A stretch of DNA of 32,000 bases from Micromonas pusilla (lineage: Eukaryota), in assembly GCA_000151265.1 (NCBI GenBank), contig GG663744.1, forward strand, positions 195,520 to 227,519. Reading direction: 5' to 3'. A program made the position numbers and the translations under genes. The notes beneath the pieces were generated by a model that was given only the letters and a program-made list of their open reading frames with translations, was not told the DNA's origin and searched no databases. Positions 24,801-32,000 of this stretch are shown here, in pieces. Position 1 is the first letter of the stretch. Each line of letters opens with the position of its first letter.

Positions 24801-27800
24801 TTTCGTGCGCAAAAACTTGAAGGAGACGGTGGTCACCGTGGACACGTGCCTCGTGAGCGGCATGTTCAACGTCATGACGTCGCTCCTGAAGAAGTACGAG
24901 CGGCACGAGCACTTGCACCAGGAGCCGCTGACGAGCCAAGAGATTTCCGCGGCGCAGAAAGCCGCGCTGCCGCTGTGGATCTTCAGCATGATCTGGTCCG
25001 CGTGCGCGACCGTGACGGGGCCGGGGCGGCCGCGGCTGGAGACGTTTATGCGTCAAAAAGCGAAGGAGTGCGACTTCGTCAAGCACATGCCCCCGAGCGA
25101 CAAGGGCTCCACCTCGATGTACGAGTACTGCTTCGACCAGGACGAGCTCAAGTGGGTGGAGTGGATGCGATCGATTCCGGAGTACGTCCCGAACCCGGAC
25201 GCGCCCTTCTCGCAGGTCATCGTCCCCACCGCGGATACGGTTCGGTACGCGTACGTCATCGACAAGCTTCTCTTGTCGGATAAACACGTGCTCTGCGTCG
25301 GCGACACCGGCACGGGGAAGACGCTCAACGTCATGGATAAGCTGTCGAACCACATGCCGGAGACGTACGTCCCGGTGTTCATGACCTTCAGCGCGCGAAC
25401 GTCCGCGAACCAGACGCAGGACTTTTTAGACAGCAAGATGGACAAGAGGCGCAAGGGCGTCTTTGGGCCGCCGTCGGGGCGGAAATACGCCGTCCTCATC
25501 GACGATCTGAACATGCCGCTGCGCGAGAAGTATTTCGCGCAGCCGCCGATCGAACTCCTTCGCCAGTGGATGGACCACGACGGATGGTACGAGCGGAAGC
25601 CCCCGTGCGCGTTCAGGACGATCCAGGACATGATCATCGTCGGGTGCATGGGCCCGCCGGGGGGCGGACGCAACCCGGTTTCGAATCGAATGCTGCGGCA
25701 CTTCAACTTTTTGTCGTTTTCGGACATGTCCGACGAGAGCTGCGTTCGCATCTTCGACACGATTCTCGGCGCGACGCTCGGGAAGTCGTTCGCGCCGGAG
25801 ATCGCGGAGCTCTCCAGCGCGGTCACCGCGGCGACGATATCCATCTACAACACCGTCCGAGCGGACTTGCTTCCCACCCCGGCGAAGAGCCACTACACCT
25901 TCAACTTGCGCGACCTCGCGAGGGTGTTCCAAGGGTTACTGCGCGCGGACCCGAGGCTCATCGGCGAGGACAAGAACGAGTTCCTAGGGCTCTGGATGCA
26001 CGAAAACCTCAGAGTGTTCCAAGACCGCATGGTGAACAACGAAGACCGCGAGTGGTTCCGCGACCTCGTGGACAAGGTGTCGAAGGAGAAGTTCAACGGC
26101 GTCGGCTGGGACGACGTCGTCGGCGTCGACGGCGAACGCCTCGTCTTCGGCGATTACCTCGTCCCGGGCGCGGAACCGAGGCAGTACCAGCGCGTGCGCG
26201 ACATGAACGAGCTGCGACGCGTCGTCGAGGAAGCCCTGGACGATTACAACTCCGTGACGAACGCGCCGATGAAGCTCGTGATGTTCTTGGACGCCATCGA
26301 GCACGTCTCGAGGGTGTGCCGCGTGATTCGACTGCCGCTCGGCAACGCGCTTCTTCTCGGCGTCGGCGGGTCCGGACGGCAGTCGCTCACGCGGCTCGCC
26401 GCCGCGCTCGAGGAGTTTGAACTCTTTCAGATCGAAGTCGCGAAAGGGTACGGCAAGAACGAGTGGCGCGACGACCTCAGGAAGGTTTTACTCATGGCGG
26501 GCGCGGAGGGCAAGGACGTCGTCTTTCTCTTCACCGACACGCAAATCGTGCAAGAGAATTTCCTCGAGGACATCAACAACATCCTCAACAGCGGCGAAGT
26601 TCCGAACCTGTGGAAGTCCGAGGACTTGGGTACGATCGAGAACGCCCTGCGACCGATCATGTCGCAGCAAGGCTTACCCCTCACGAAGAACGCGGTGAAC
26701 GCGTACTTCATCACGCGCGTCCGGTCCAACCTGCACTGCGTCCTCGCCATGTCCCCGGTGTCGGATGAGTTCCGGCAGCGCCTGCGCATGTTCCCGTCGC
26801 TCGTGAACTGCTGCACGATCGACTGGTTCAGCGAGTGGCCGCTGGAGGCGCTCGACTCGGTCGCGAACACGTTCTTGCGCGATCCGCTCAAGTCCGAGAG
26901 CGAGGAGCTCGTGAGGAGCGTCGTCGACGCGTGCGTCTTCATCCACCAGAGCGTCGAGAAAAAGTCCAAGGAATTTTTCGAGACGCTACGACGGTACAAC
27001 TACGTCACGCCGACGTCGTACCTCGAGCTCCTTCAGACGTTCATTCGCTTGCTTCGAGAGAAGCGCGCGGAGCTCGAGACGATGCGCTCGCGCCTGCAGA
27101 TTGGTCTCGATAAGCTCAACAGCACGGCGTCGCAGGTTGGCGTCATGGAGAAGGAGCTCGTGGATTTGCAGCCGGTGTTGCAAAAGACGACGGTGGAGGT
27201 GGAAGAGATGATCGTCGTCATCACCGCGGACACGGAGAAGGCGAACGTCACCAAGGCGAAAGTCGCGCAGCAAGAAGCGGAGGCGAACGAGAAGGCGGCG
27301 GAGGCCAAGGCGATCGCGGACGACGCGCAGGCGGACCTCGACAAGGCGCTCCCGGCGTTGGACGCGGCGGTGAAGTCGCTGAAGCTACTGACGAAGAATG
27401 ACATCGTCGAGGTCAAGGCTCTGAAGAATCCGCCCGCGGGCGTGCGGCTCGTGATGGAGGTGTGCTGCATCTTCTTTCTGCAGAAGCCGAAGATGGTGGA
27501 GGACAAGCGAGACGGCGCGAAGCCCGGGGCGAAGGTGGCGGACTACTGGGAGGCGTCCACGAAGATGCTTCAGGACCCGCCGAAATTTTTAGAGTCGCTC
27601 ATGAAGTTCGACAAGGACGGGATCGTCCAGGAGACGATCGACAAGGCGGCGCCGTTCATGGAGCGCGAGGATTTCACCCCGGAGGCGATCAAGAAGGTGT
27701 CCAAGGCGTGCACGTCCATCTGCATGTGGGCCAGGGCGATGTTCACGTACTACAACGTGTCCGTGGCCATCGCGCCGAAGCGAGAGGCGCTCGCGCAGGC

Positions 27801-30800
27801 GCAAGCGTCGCTCGAGGTCACGAAAGGCGAGCTCGCGGAGGCGAAGAAGACCCTGGGAGAAGTCCAAGCCAAGCTGGACGAGCTCAACGCCAACTTATCC
27901 GCCGCGGAAGCGAAGAAGAACGGCTTAGAGGAGCAAGCGGAGACGTGCAAGGCGCAGCTCGACCGCGCCGGAAAACTCATCGGCGGCCTCGGCGGCGAAA
28001 AGACGCGATGGGAAGCGACGGTGCAGTCGCTCACGGATCAACTCGCCGCGGTCATCGGCGACGTCGTCGTCTCCTCCGGCGTCGTCGCGTACAACGGCCC
28101 GTTCACGCCGTCGTTCCGCGCGGACTTACTCGCGGAATGGTCCGCGAAGATGGTGGAGCTCGATATCCCGCACACGCCCGGCGCGGACATCGTGTCGACG
28201 CTCGCGGACCCCGTGCGCATTCGCGCGTGGAACATCGCGGGGCTCCCCGCGGACGCGGTCTCCATCGAGAACGGGATCATCGTGAGCAAAGCCAGGCGAT
28301 GGCCGCTCATGATCGACCCGCAAGGGCAGGCGAACAAGTGGGTCAAGGCTATGGAGAAGGAGACGGGCATCGACGTCATCAAACTCACGGAGAAGGACTA
28401 CCTTCGCACGCTCGCGAACGGGATCCGGTTCGGCCGAGCGGTGTTGCTCGAGAACATCGCGGAGACCCTGGACGCCGCGCTCGAGCCGCTGCTGCAGAAG
28501 CAGACGTTCAAGCAAGGCGGCAGCGAGGTGATCAAGATGGGCGACGACGTCATCCCGTATCACCCGGATTTCCGGTTTTACATGACGACGAAGATGCGGA
28601 ACCCGCACTATCAACCCGAGGTGTCCGTCAAGGTGTCGCTGCTGAACTTCTTCGTGACGCTGGACGGTCTCGAGGACCAGCTCCTGGGCGTCGTCGTCGA
28701 GCAAGAGCGGAACGACCTCGCGGAGCTGAAGAACGAGCTCGTCGTGTCCAACGCGCGGATGAAGAAGGAGCTCAAAGAGATTGAGGATAAAATTTTATAC
28801 CTCCTGTCCAACTCCACCGGAAACATCCTCGACGACGAGGTTCTCATCGACACGCTATCGCAGTCGAAGGTGACGTCGAACGAAATCACGGAGAAGGTGG
28901 CAGAGGCGGAGAGCACGGAGAAGGACATCGACGCGACGCGAGAGGAGTACCGCCCGGTGGCGACGCGCGCGTCGGTTTTGTTCTTTTGCATCTCCGACCT
29001 CGCGCTCGTGGACCCGATGTACCAGTACTCCCTCGCGTGGTTCATCTCTCTGTTTATCCGCGGCATCGAAGAAGCGGAGGAGAACGAGGACGTCCAGCAG
29101 AGGATCGAGATCCTGAACGAGTACTTCACGTATTCGCTGTACAACAACGTGTGTCTGTCGCTCTTCGAGTCGCACAAGCTCATGTTTTCGCTGCTTCTCA
29201 CGATCGCGATCATGCAGCAGAAGGGTCTCATCGACGCCCTGGAGTGGCGCTTCCTGCTCGCCGGTCCCACGGACACGAACATCGCGGAGCCGAACCCCGC
29301 GCCGGACTGGGTCACGGAGAAGGTGTGGGTCGAGCTCGTCAACCTCGCGAGCCTTCCCGCCTTTGAGGGCTTCACGACGGCGTTCGCCGACGACGTGGAC
29401 CACTACCGCGCGTACTTCGAGTCCGCGGACGCGCACCGACACAAGCTCGACGCCCACTTCGACGAGAAGCTCAACGCGTTCCAGAAGCTGCTCGTGATTC
29501 GATGCATCCGCCCGGATCGCTTCATGCTCGGCGTGCAAGACTTTGTCGCGCTCAAGCTCGGCGAACGGTTCATCGAGCCGCCGCCGTTTAACCTCGCGTC
29601 GTGTTACGCCGAGAGCTCGGTGTCGTCGCCTCTCATCTTCGTGCTGTCGTCCGGCGCGGACCCGATGGCGGATCTTCTGAAGTTCGCGGACGAGTCCAAG
29701 ATGATTCGGAAGTTTGACCAGGTGTCCCTCGGGCAAGGCCAGGGCCCGAAAGCGGAGGCGCTCATGCGTCAGGCGATGGAGGAGGGGATGTGGGTGTGCC
29801 TGCAAAACTGCCACCTCGCGGAGAGCTGGATGCCGAAGCTGGACAACATCGTCGAGGGCATCGACCCGGAGCGCGTGCACAAAGATTTCCGCCTGTGGCT
29901 CACGTCGATGCCGTCGCCGCACTTCCCGGTCGCGATCCTTCAAAACGGCGTGAAGATGACGCTCGAGCCGCCGAAGGGTTTGAAATCCAACCTCGCGCGC
30001 TCCTACGCGAGAATCACGGACGATTACATGGAGACGTGCAAAGACCCGGCGTCGCACAAGAAGCTCCTGTTCTCCATATGTCTATTCCACGCGGTGATTC
30101 AAGACCGAAGGAAGTTTGGCCCGCTCGGGTGGAACATCCGGTACGACTTCACCGACGGCGACCTGACGATGTGCCAGAGACAGATCAAGATGATGATCGA
30201 CGACTACGAGGTCATCCCGTACCAGGTCATTCGCGTGTTGTGCGGCGAGATCAACTACGGCGGGCGAGTCACGGACGATAAGGACCGTCGCCTGATCAAC
30301 AATCTGCTGGATAACTACGTCAACGCGGACGTCATCGGCGATGAGTACAGCTTCTCCCCTAGCGGTACGTACAAGGTGCCGGCGGCGCAGAATAACGTCG
30401 AATTCGTCGACTACGTGAAGACCTTCCCGATGGTCCCGAACCCGGAAGTTTTCGGGCTTCACGAGAACGCGGACATCACGTGCGATCAAAACGAGACGTA
30501 CGCGCTGTTCGAGACCGTGCTGTCGCTGCAGCCGCGGGTGAACAGCGGCGGAGGGTTATCGAGAGAGGACGTCATCGAGGCGAGCGCGTCGGATATCTTC
30601 GCGCGGTGCCCCGAGCCGTTCGACATCGACCAAGTCGCGCACAAGTACCCGACGGATTACAACCAGTCCATGAACACGGTGTTGACCCAAGAGTGCATTC
30701 GATACAACGCGCTGTTGATCGTCATGCGGCGGTCTCTGCAGGAAGGCTTGAAAGCGCTCAAAGGTCTCGTCGTGATGTCGCCCGAGTTGGAGGCGGTGAC

Positions 30801-31413
30801 GAATTCGATCTTCGACAACCAGGTCCCGGAAGCCTGGGCGTCGAAAGCGTACCCGTCGCTGAAGCCGCTGTCTTCGTGGGTCCTCGACCTGCTCGAGCGC
30901 ATTAAGTTCATCAACGACTGGATCGACAAAGGCCCGCCGCCGGTGTACTGGATCAGCGGTTTTTTCTTCCCGCAGGCGTTTCTCACCGGGACGCTGCAAA
31001 ACTACGCGAGGAAAAACAAAATCGCCATCGACACCGTGCAGTGGAACTTCAACGTCTTGGACACGAAAACGTTCGCGAACACGACGGAACCGCCCGAGGA
31101 CGGGTGTTACGTCTCCGGGTACTTCCTCGAGGGCGCGCGGTGGGATTACGACGCGCATCAGCTCGCGGAGAGCCGACCGAAGGAGCTGTACACGGACTTC
31201 CCGTTGATGTGGTTGGAGCCGGCGCGAAACCGCGAGCCGCCCAAGGAGGGGGTGTACAACTGCCCGGCGTACAAGACCTTGACGCGGGCTGGTCTGCTGT
31301 CGACGACGGGACACAGCACGAACTTCGTGATGTACATGGAGGTGCCCACGGACAAGAGCGAGTCGCACTGGATCAACCGGTCGGTCGCGCTGTTCACGGC
31401 GCTGATGTTTTGA
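18898..31413 (+). CDS. Axonemal dynein heavy chain, single-headed inner-arm type; about 4171 aa in one uninterrupted exon
   Basis: The open frame is continuous over 12.5 kb. The four P-loops are GPAGTGKT (23392..23415, AAA1), GPTGGGKT (24235..24258, AAA2), GDTGTGKT (25300..25323, AAA3) and GVGGSGRQ (26359..26382, AAA4). A coiled-coil stalk region follows. The C-terminal block ...YNCPAYKTLTRAGLLSTTGHSTNFVMYMEVPTDKSESHWINRSVALFTALMF* is typical of axonemal, inner-arm-like heavy chains. The start is placed at ATG 18898 (MDANPPAATA...). The track ORF start at 18625 adds 91 Arg/Pro/Ser-rich residues that look like 5' leader. The paralogue assignment is uncertain. Confidence 0.95.
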   Translation: MDANPPAATATADATTASSSSDAAAPVDAPVDAPATPAPDAPSEPPPIPPPAAKEKEKEKEKEKAEYPRKISTNDLDGDDVPLALEPRVMAPFTTRRGEVPRRVQIERKKRAYGVMDLDALFRELPNAAEATAEKHSLPLEVFDDGEFEERAIEEWLQPEALARGNGVRAKLAVHARVNKTGFPLWASCSVVGGDPATNTYEVVLDKNKKLMRGIPRVDLCFNSEDPRAYAKRRMAAYEARRAAVRRLEYELFLDVMPTDDVPALNAASTARITELSLNTPGARSHAATADTLVREASDEYARAMCKLAFDDALVHGANGVGTRDKRAKRARITMDLERLADPDGGVGGSSLVDANADAIDGDADRLLLPPVHRHAPKPRAAAPLCGVRAIEDAAGYSYAAQASEFTFRTALTKPEVIECTRRIVNECVKCAKVPLFATTFSKPQRVDEFETAQKLTLNNASVAIKEQWTGSVKDAFFDCFGKVGKGWYNIKETDRAAYDFGKMKKYQNMIRMRMEDTLRFLVDDAVASFTAFIHATCSAELSVNATNDVEPGPAPPLFALELQNIVSEDAANPKLGFEYSTPLDDIKKTVIETFENAVTSVYGIPFIEPDVITEITWTFIPSMTTVNLAEPHVKRAQESVAADVTVAIDALKRYLKLYDQFKPLQKIKVESYVEELNVRKEKLDEDDSMLAEYQKEIKIHEDHLLHIETTLPDAIDVGPFRVNASRVKTALADKRRALIEEVKTLIAAYPREICVDVIARYAEINSRLEVGTEDPEGVGALRDLIDSIPKLVYDLTTTLSEAYAYWGALDDARVPLSDDDVRKKAEAQFWPTKLTYTIASTKEELARDEKTYRQTQEVEQDDFKVKLKSMEEETIARLPDYVDMNNTEAYAERMAEIDGELKKAQEQANLFNSREALFGLPATDYGKVRRMADAFDPFCQFWKYANNWRSWQKEWKSEPFATLNAEEVEKDVGTAYKVMFKMGKAFNMRNMPACAANCETVRNELEDFQKYLPLLVALRSPGMRDRHWEKITEDVGVTIPHDDPEFNLTKILEMDLHASEEALVKVCDVAGKEFGIETALEKMYGEWEGAELEVVEYRETQTHVIRIEETITQMLDDHIVMAQAMGFSPFKKPFEEQISTWERTLSMVSEVLDEWITLQRSWMYLEPIFGSEDIMEQLPLEGKRFAAVDRLWRKVLTKALGVPGVLKMCNDRILLEKFRDANNQLDIVQKGLADYLETKRLAFSRFFFLSNDELLQILSQTKNPLAVQPHLRKCFEAINTLTFEGDLKITAMNSVENERVPFSEHMYPEGNVENWLGEVERIMKDSCRHSVVESLADYQATPRPEWVKSWPAMTVLGVGCCYWTSLSEEAIKDAELPKWFDKNVEQLNDLTDMVRGKLSSQERGTLGALIVIDVHARDVITTLIENDVTAMTDFDWVRQLRYYWENDDLYVKMVQASLPFGYEYLGNQPRLVVTPLTDRCYMTLMGAIHLNLGGAPAGPAGTGKTETTKDLAKALAMQCVVFNCSDGLDYLAMAKFFKGLASSGAWACFDEFNRIDLEVLSVVAAQILTIQNAIQQGLKRFEFEGSEIGLDARCCVFITMNPGYAGRSELPDNLKALFRPCAMMVPDYALIGEISLMSFGFKRGRPLARKMVATFKLCSEQLSAQDHYDYGMRAVKSVITAAGNLKRDFPDEDEEVLLLRGLMDVNEPKFLAHDLPLFAGIISDLFPGLKKPEVDYDDLNEALRESCEELKIQPVPAFIGKVIQMYEMTVVRHGLMLVGPTGGGKTMCYRSLCSAMTRLNKAGSEVFERAKFVCLNPKSITMGQLYGDFDDATHEWTDGVLACYMRDLSEETGTDKKWLLFDGPVDAIWIENMNTVLDDNKKLCLVSGEIIQMSSTMTMMFEVEDLAVASPATVSRCGMIYMEPTSMGFEPLLDSYLESLPEIMKPYLGKFRDIFVKVMPGLDGLLHFVRKNLKETVVTVDTCLVSGMFNVMTSLLKKYERHEHLHQEPLTSQEISAAQKAALPLWIFSMIWSACATVTGPGRPRLETFMRQKAKECDFVKHMPPSDKGSTSMYEYCFDQDELKWVEWMRSIPEYVPNPDAPFSQVIVPTADTVRYAYVIDKLLLSDKHVLCVGDTGTGKTLNVMDKLSNHMPETYVPVFMTFSARTSANQTQDFLDSKMDKRRKGVFGPPSGRKYAVLIDDLNMPLREKYFAQPPIELLRQWMDHDGWYERKPPCAFRTIQDMIIVGCMGPPGGGRNPVSNRMLRHFNFLSFSDMSDESCVRIFDTILGATLGKSFAPEIAELSSAVTAATISIYNTVRADLLPTPAKSHYTFNLRDLARVFQGLLRADPRLIGEDKNEFLGLWMHENLRVFQDRMVNNEDREWFRDLVDKVSKEKFNGVGWDDVVGVDGERLVFGDYLVPGAEPRQYQRVRDMNELRRVVEEALDDYNSVTNAPMKLVMFLDAIEHVSRVCRVIRLPLGNALLLGVGGSGRQSLTRLAAALEEFELFQIEVAKGYGKNEWRDDLRKVLLMAGAEGKDVVFLFTDTQIVQENFLEDINNILNSGEVPNLWKSEDLGTIENALRPIMSQQGLPLTKNAVNAYFITRVRSNLHCVLAMSPVSDEFRQRLRMFPSLVNCCTIDWFSEWPLEALDSVANTFLRDPLKSESEELVRSVVDACVFIHQSVEKKSKEFFETLRRYNYVTPTSYLELLQTFIRLLREKRAELETMRSRLQIGLDKLNSTASQVGVMEKELVDLQPVLQKTTVEVEEMIVVITADTEKANVTKAKVAQQEAEANEKAAEAKAIADDAQADLDKALPALDAAVKSLKLLTKNDIVEVKALKNPPAGVRLVMEVCCIFFLQKPKMVEDKRDGAKPGAKVADYWEASTKMLQDPPKFLESLMKFDKDGIVQETIDKAAPFMEREDFTPEAIKKVSKACTSICMWARAMFTYYNVSVAIAPKREALAQAQASLEVTKGELAEAKKTLGEVQAKLDELNANLSAAEAKKNGLEEQAETCKAQLDRAGKLIGGLGGEKTRWEATVQSLTDQLAAVIGDVVVSSGVVAYNGPFTPSFRADLLAEWSAKMVELDIPHTPGADIVSTLADPVRIRAWNIAGLPADAVSIENGIIVSKARRWPLMIDPQGQANKWVKAMEKETGIDVIKLTEKDYLRTLANGIRFGRAVLLENIAETLDAALEPLLQKQTFKQGGSEVIKMGDDVIPYHPDFRFYMTTKMRNPHYQPEVSVKVSLLNFFVTLDGLEDQLLGVVVEQERNDLAELKNELVVSNARMKKELKEIEDKILYLLSNSTGNILDDEVLIDTLSQSKVTSNEITEKVAEAESTEKDIDATREEYRPVATRASVLFFCISDLALVDPMYQYSLAWFISLFIRGIEEAEENEDVQQRIEILNEYFTYSLYNNVCLSLFESHKLMFSLLLTIAIMQQKGLIDALEWRFLLAGPTDTNIAEPNPAPDWVTEKVWVELVNLASLPAFEGFTTAFADDVDHYRAYFESADAHRHKLDAHFDEKLNAFQKLLVIRCIRPDRFMLGVQDFVALKLGERFIEPPPFNLASCYAESSVSSPLIFVLSSGADPMADLLKFADESKMIRKFDQVSLGQGQGPKAEALMRQAMEEGMWVCLQNCHLAESWMPKLDNIVEGIDPERVHKDFRLWLTSMPSPHFPVAILQNGVKMTLEPPKGLKSNLARSYARITDDYMETCKDPASHKKLLFSICLFHAVIQDRRKFGPLGWNIRYDFTDGDLTMCQRQIKMMIDDYEVIPYQVIRVLCGEINYGGRVTDDKDRRLINNLLDNYVNADVIGDEYSFSPSGTYKVPAAQNNVEFVDYVKTFPMVPNPEVFGLHENADITCDQNETYALFETVLSLQPRVNSGGGLSREDVIEASASDIFARCPEPFDIDQVAHKYPTDYNQSMNTVLTQECIRYNALLIVMRRSLQEGLKALKGLVVMSPELEAVTNSIFDNQVPEAWASKAYPSLKPLSSWVLDLLERIKFINDWIDKGPPPVYWISGFFFPQAFLTGTLQNYARKNKIAIDTVQWNFNVLDTKTFANTTEPPEDGCYVSGYFLEGARWDYDAHQLAESRPKELYTDFPLMWLEPARNREPPKEGVYNCPAYKTLTRAGLLSTTGHSTNFVMYMEVPTDKSESHWINRSVALFTALMF
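19057..19089 (+). repeat. (AAGGAG)n hexanucleotide repeat encoding (KE)n in the dynein N-terminus
   Basis: aaggagaaggagaaggagaaggagaaggagaag, translated AKEKEKEKEKEKA. Confidence 0.9.
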
Positions 31414-31855
31414 TTATTATTAAGCGGAGGCGACGGAGGAGGAGGAGGACAGGAGGAGGAGGGAGTCGATGTGCACGATGCACGTGCGTCGTCACGTCGA
31501 AAACTTATTAGAGAAGACCCAGGTGGGATAACCGGGTGTTCTAGTCACTAGATAACTCGTAGATGGCGTCCTTCTAAAGAATTAGAGGATGCGTGTTGAC
31601 ATCTTCCGTCGGATCGATCGTTCGCCTCCTCCGCATCACCTGACGACCGAACGAACGACGACGCGCGGGATAGAACGAACGAAGGAGACCGGCGCGGTCG
31701 CGGAGGAGCGAGCGAGGGACGCGAAGCGCATCGCCACGACACGGTCTACTACTAGAGCTACTCGAACACACGCACCCGCCGCGCCGTCGCCGACTGAGCG
31801 TGGCGGGGTGAAAAAAAACAAACGCCGCGCCGCGCCGCGCACCGTCGCCTCGCGA

Positions 31856-32000
31856 CTACGCCCCCTCTCCTACCTCCGCAGATATCCACCGCACCACATC
31901 CTCGTGCATGTGGTTCCGCGCTCGAGCTTTGCATAGCATCGGATCCCACGGTGCGCCGATCGCTCGCGCCCACTGCAGCACCTCCAGGTGGCCGCCTTCC
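31856..32000 (-). CDS. C-terminal end of an ankyrin-repeat-like protein (5' part lies beyond the right window edge)
   Basis: The minus-strand frame reads EGGHLEVLQWARAIGAPWDPMLCKARARNHMHEDVVRWISAEVGEGA* (stop at 31858..31856). GHLEVLQWAR..G.PWD is the ankyrin-like repeat signature. It is absent from the ORF track because it is truncated by the window edge. Confidence 0.4.
   Translation of the reverse strand, partial: EGGHLEVLQWARAIGAPWDPMLCKARARNHMHEDVVRWISAEVGEGA

Noticed and set aside
19497-30057. Large antisense or off-frame ORFs inside the dynein gene (for example 19497..20834-, 21202..22254-, 21714..23174+, 24085..25353-, 27462..28784+, 28855..30057-)
   Set aside because: All are low-complexity, Arg/His/Leu/Val/Asp-rich shadows of a clearly conserved 4171-aa dynein frame. 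I recognise no independent motifs in them.

Overview
This window is GC-rich, gene-dense eukaryotic nuclear DNA, not prokaryotic. Coding sequence has strong G/C at third codon positions, and short introns use GTGCG-type donors. There are two Pol III-type tRNA genes and several flagellar genes. My best guess for the source is a prasinophyte green alga such as Micromonas pusilla (inference only). I support 12 protein-coding genes, two of them cut by the window edges:

- a CBS-pair protein (partial)
- the chloroplast dynamin-like GTPase FZL
- a small transmembrane ORF
- DNA polymerase alpha subunit B
- a GDA1/CD39 apyrase
- a BOD1/Shg1-like protein
- a 507-aa hypothetical protein
- CFAP298
- plastid terminal oxidase
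- REV7
- an intronless inner-arm-type axonemal dynein heavy chain of about 4171 aa
- a partial ankyrin-like CDS

The RNA genes are tRNA-Trp(CCA) and tRNA-Glu(UUC). Most long ORFs in the six-frame track are Arg/Ala/Pro-rich shadow ORFs caused by the GC content.

The main finding is a dispersed repeat of about 181-208 bp. Its five intact copies each coincide exactly with an intron of an unrelated gene, and two further introns are decayed relatives. All seven lie in the sense orientation of their host gene. The intact copies have short terminal inverted repeats. Four of the five intact copies have a TCAG duplication that would supply the acceptor AG, and four of the five have GC rather than GT donors. 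This is the architecture of MITE-like 'introner elements', which create introns by transposition. Elements of this kind have been described in Micromonas pusilla. I could not run any search, so homology calls rest on recognised family motifs and all splice junctions are reading-frame inferences.
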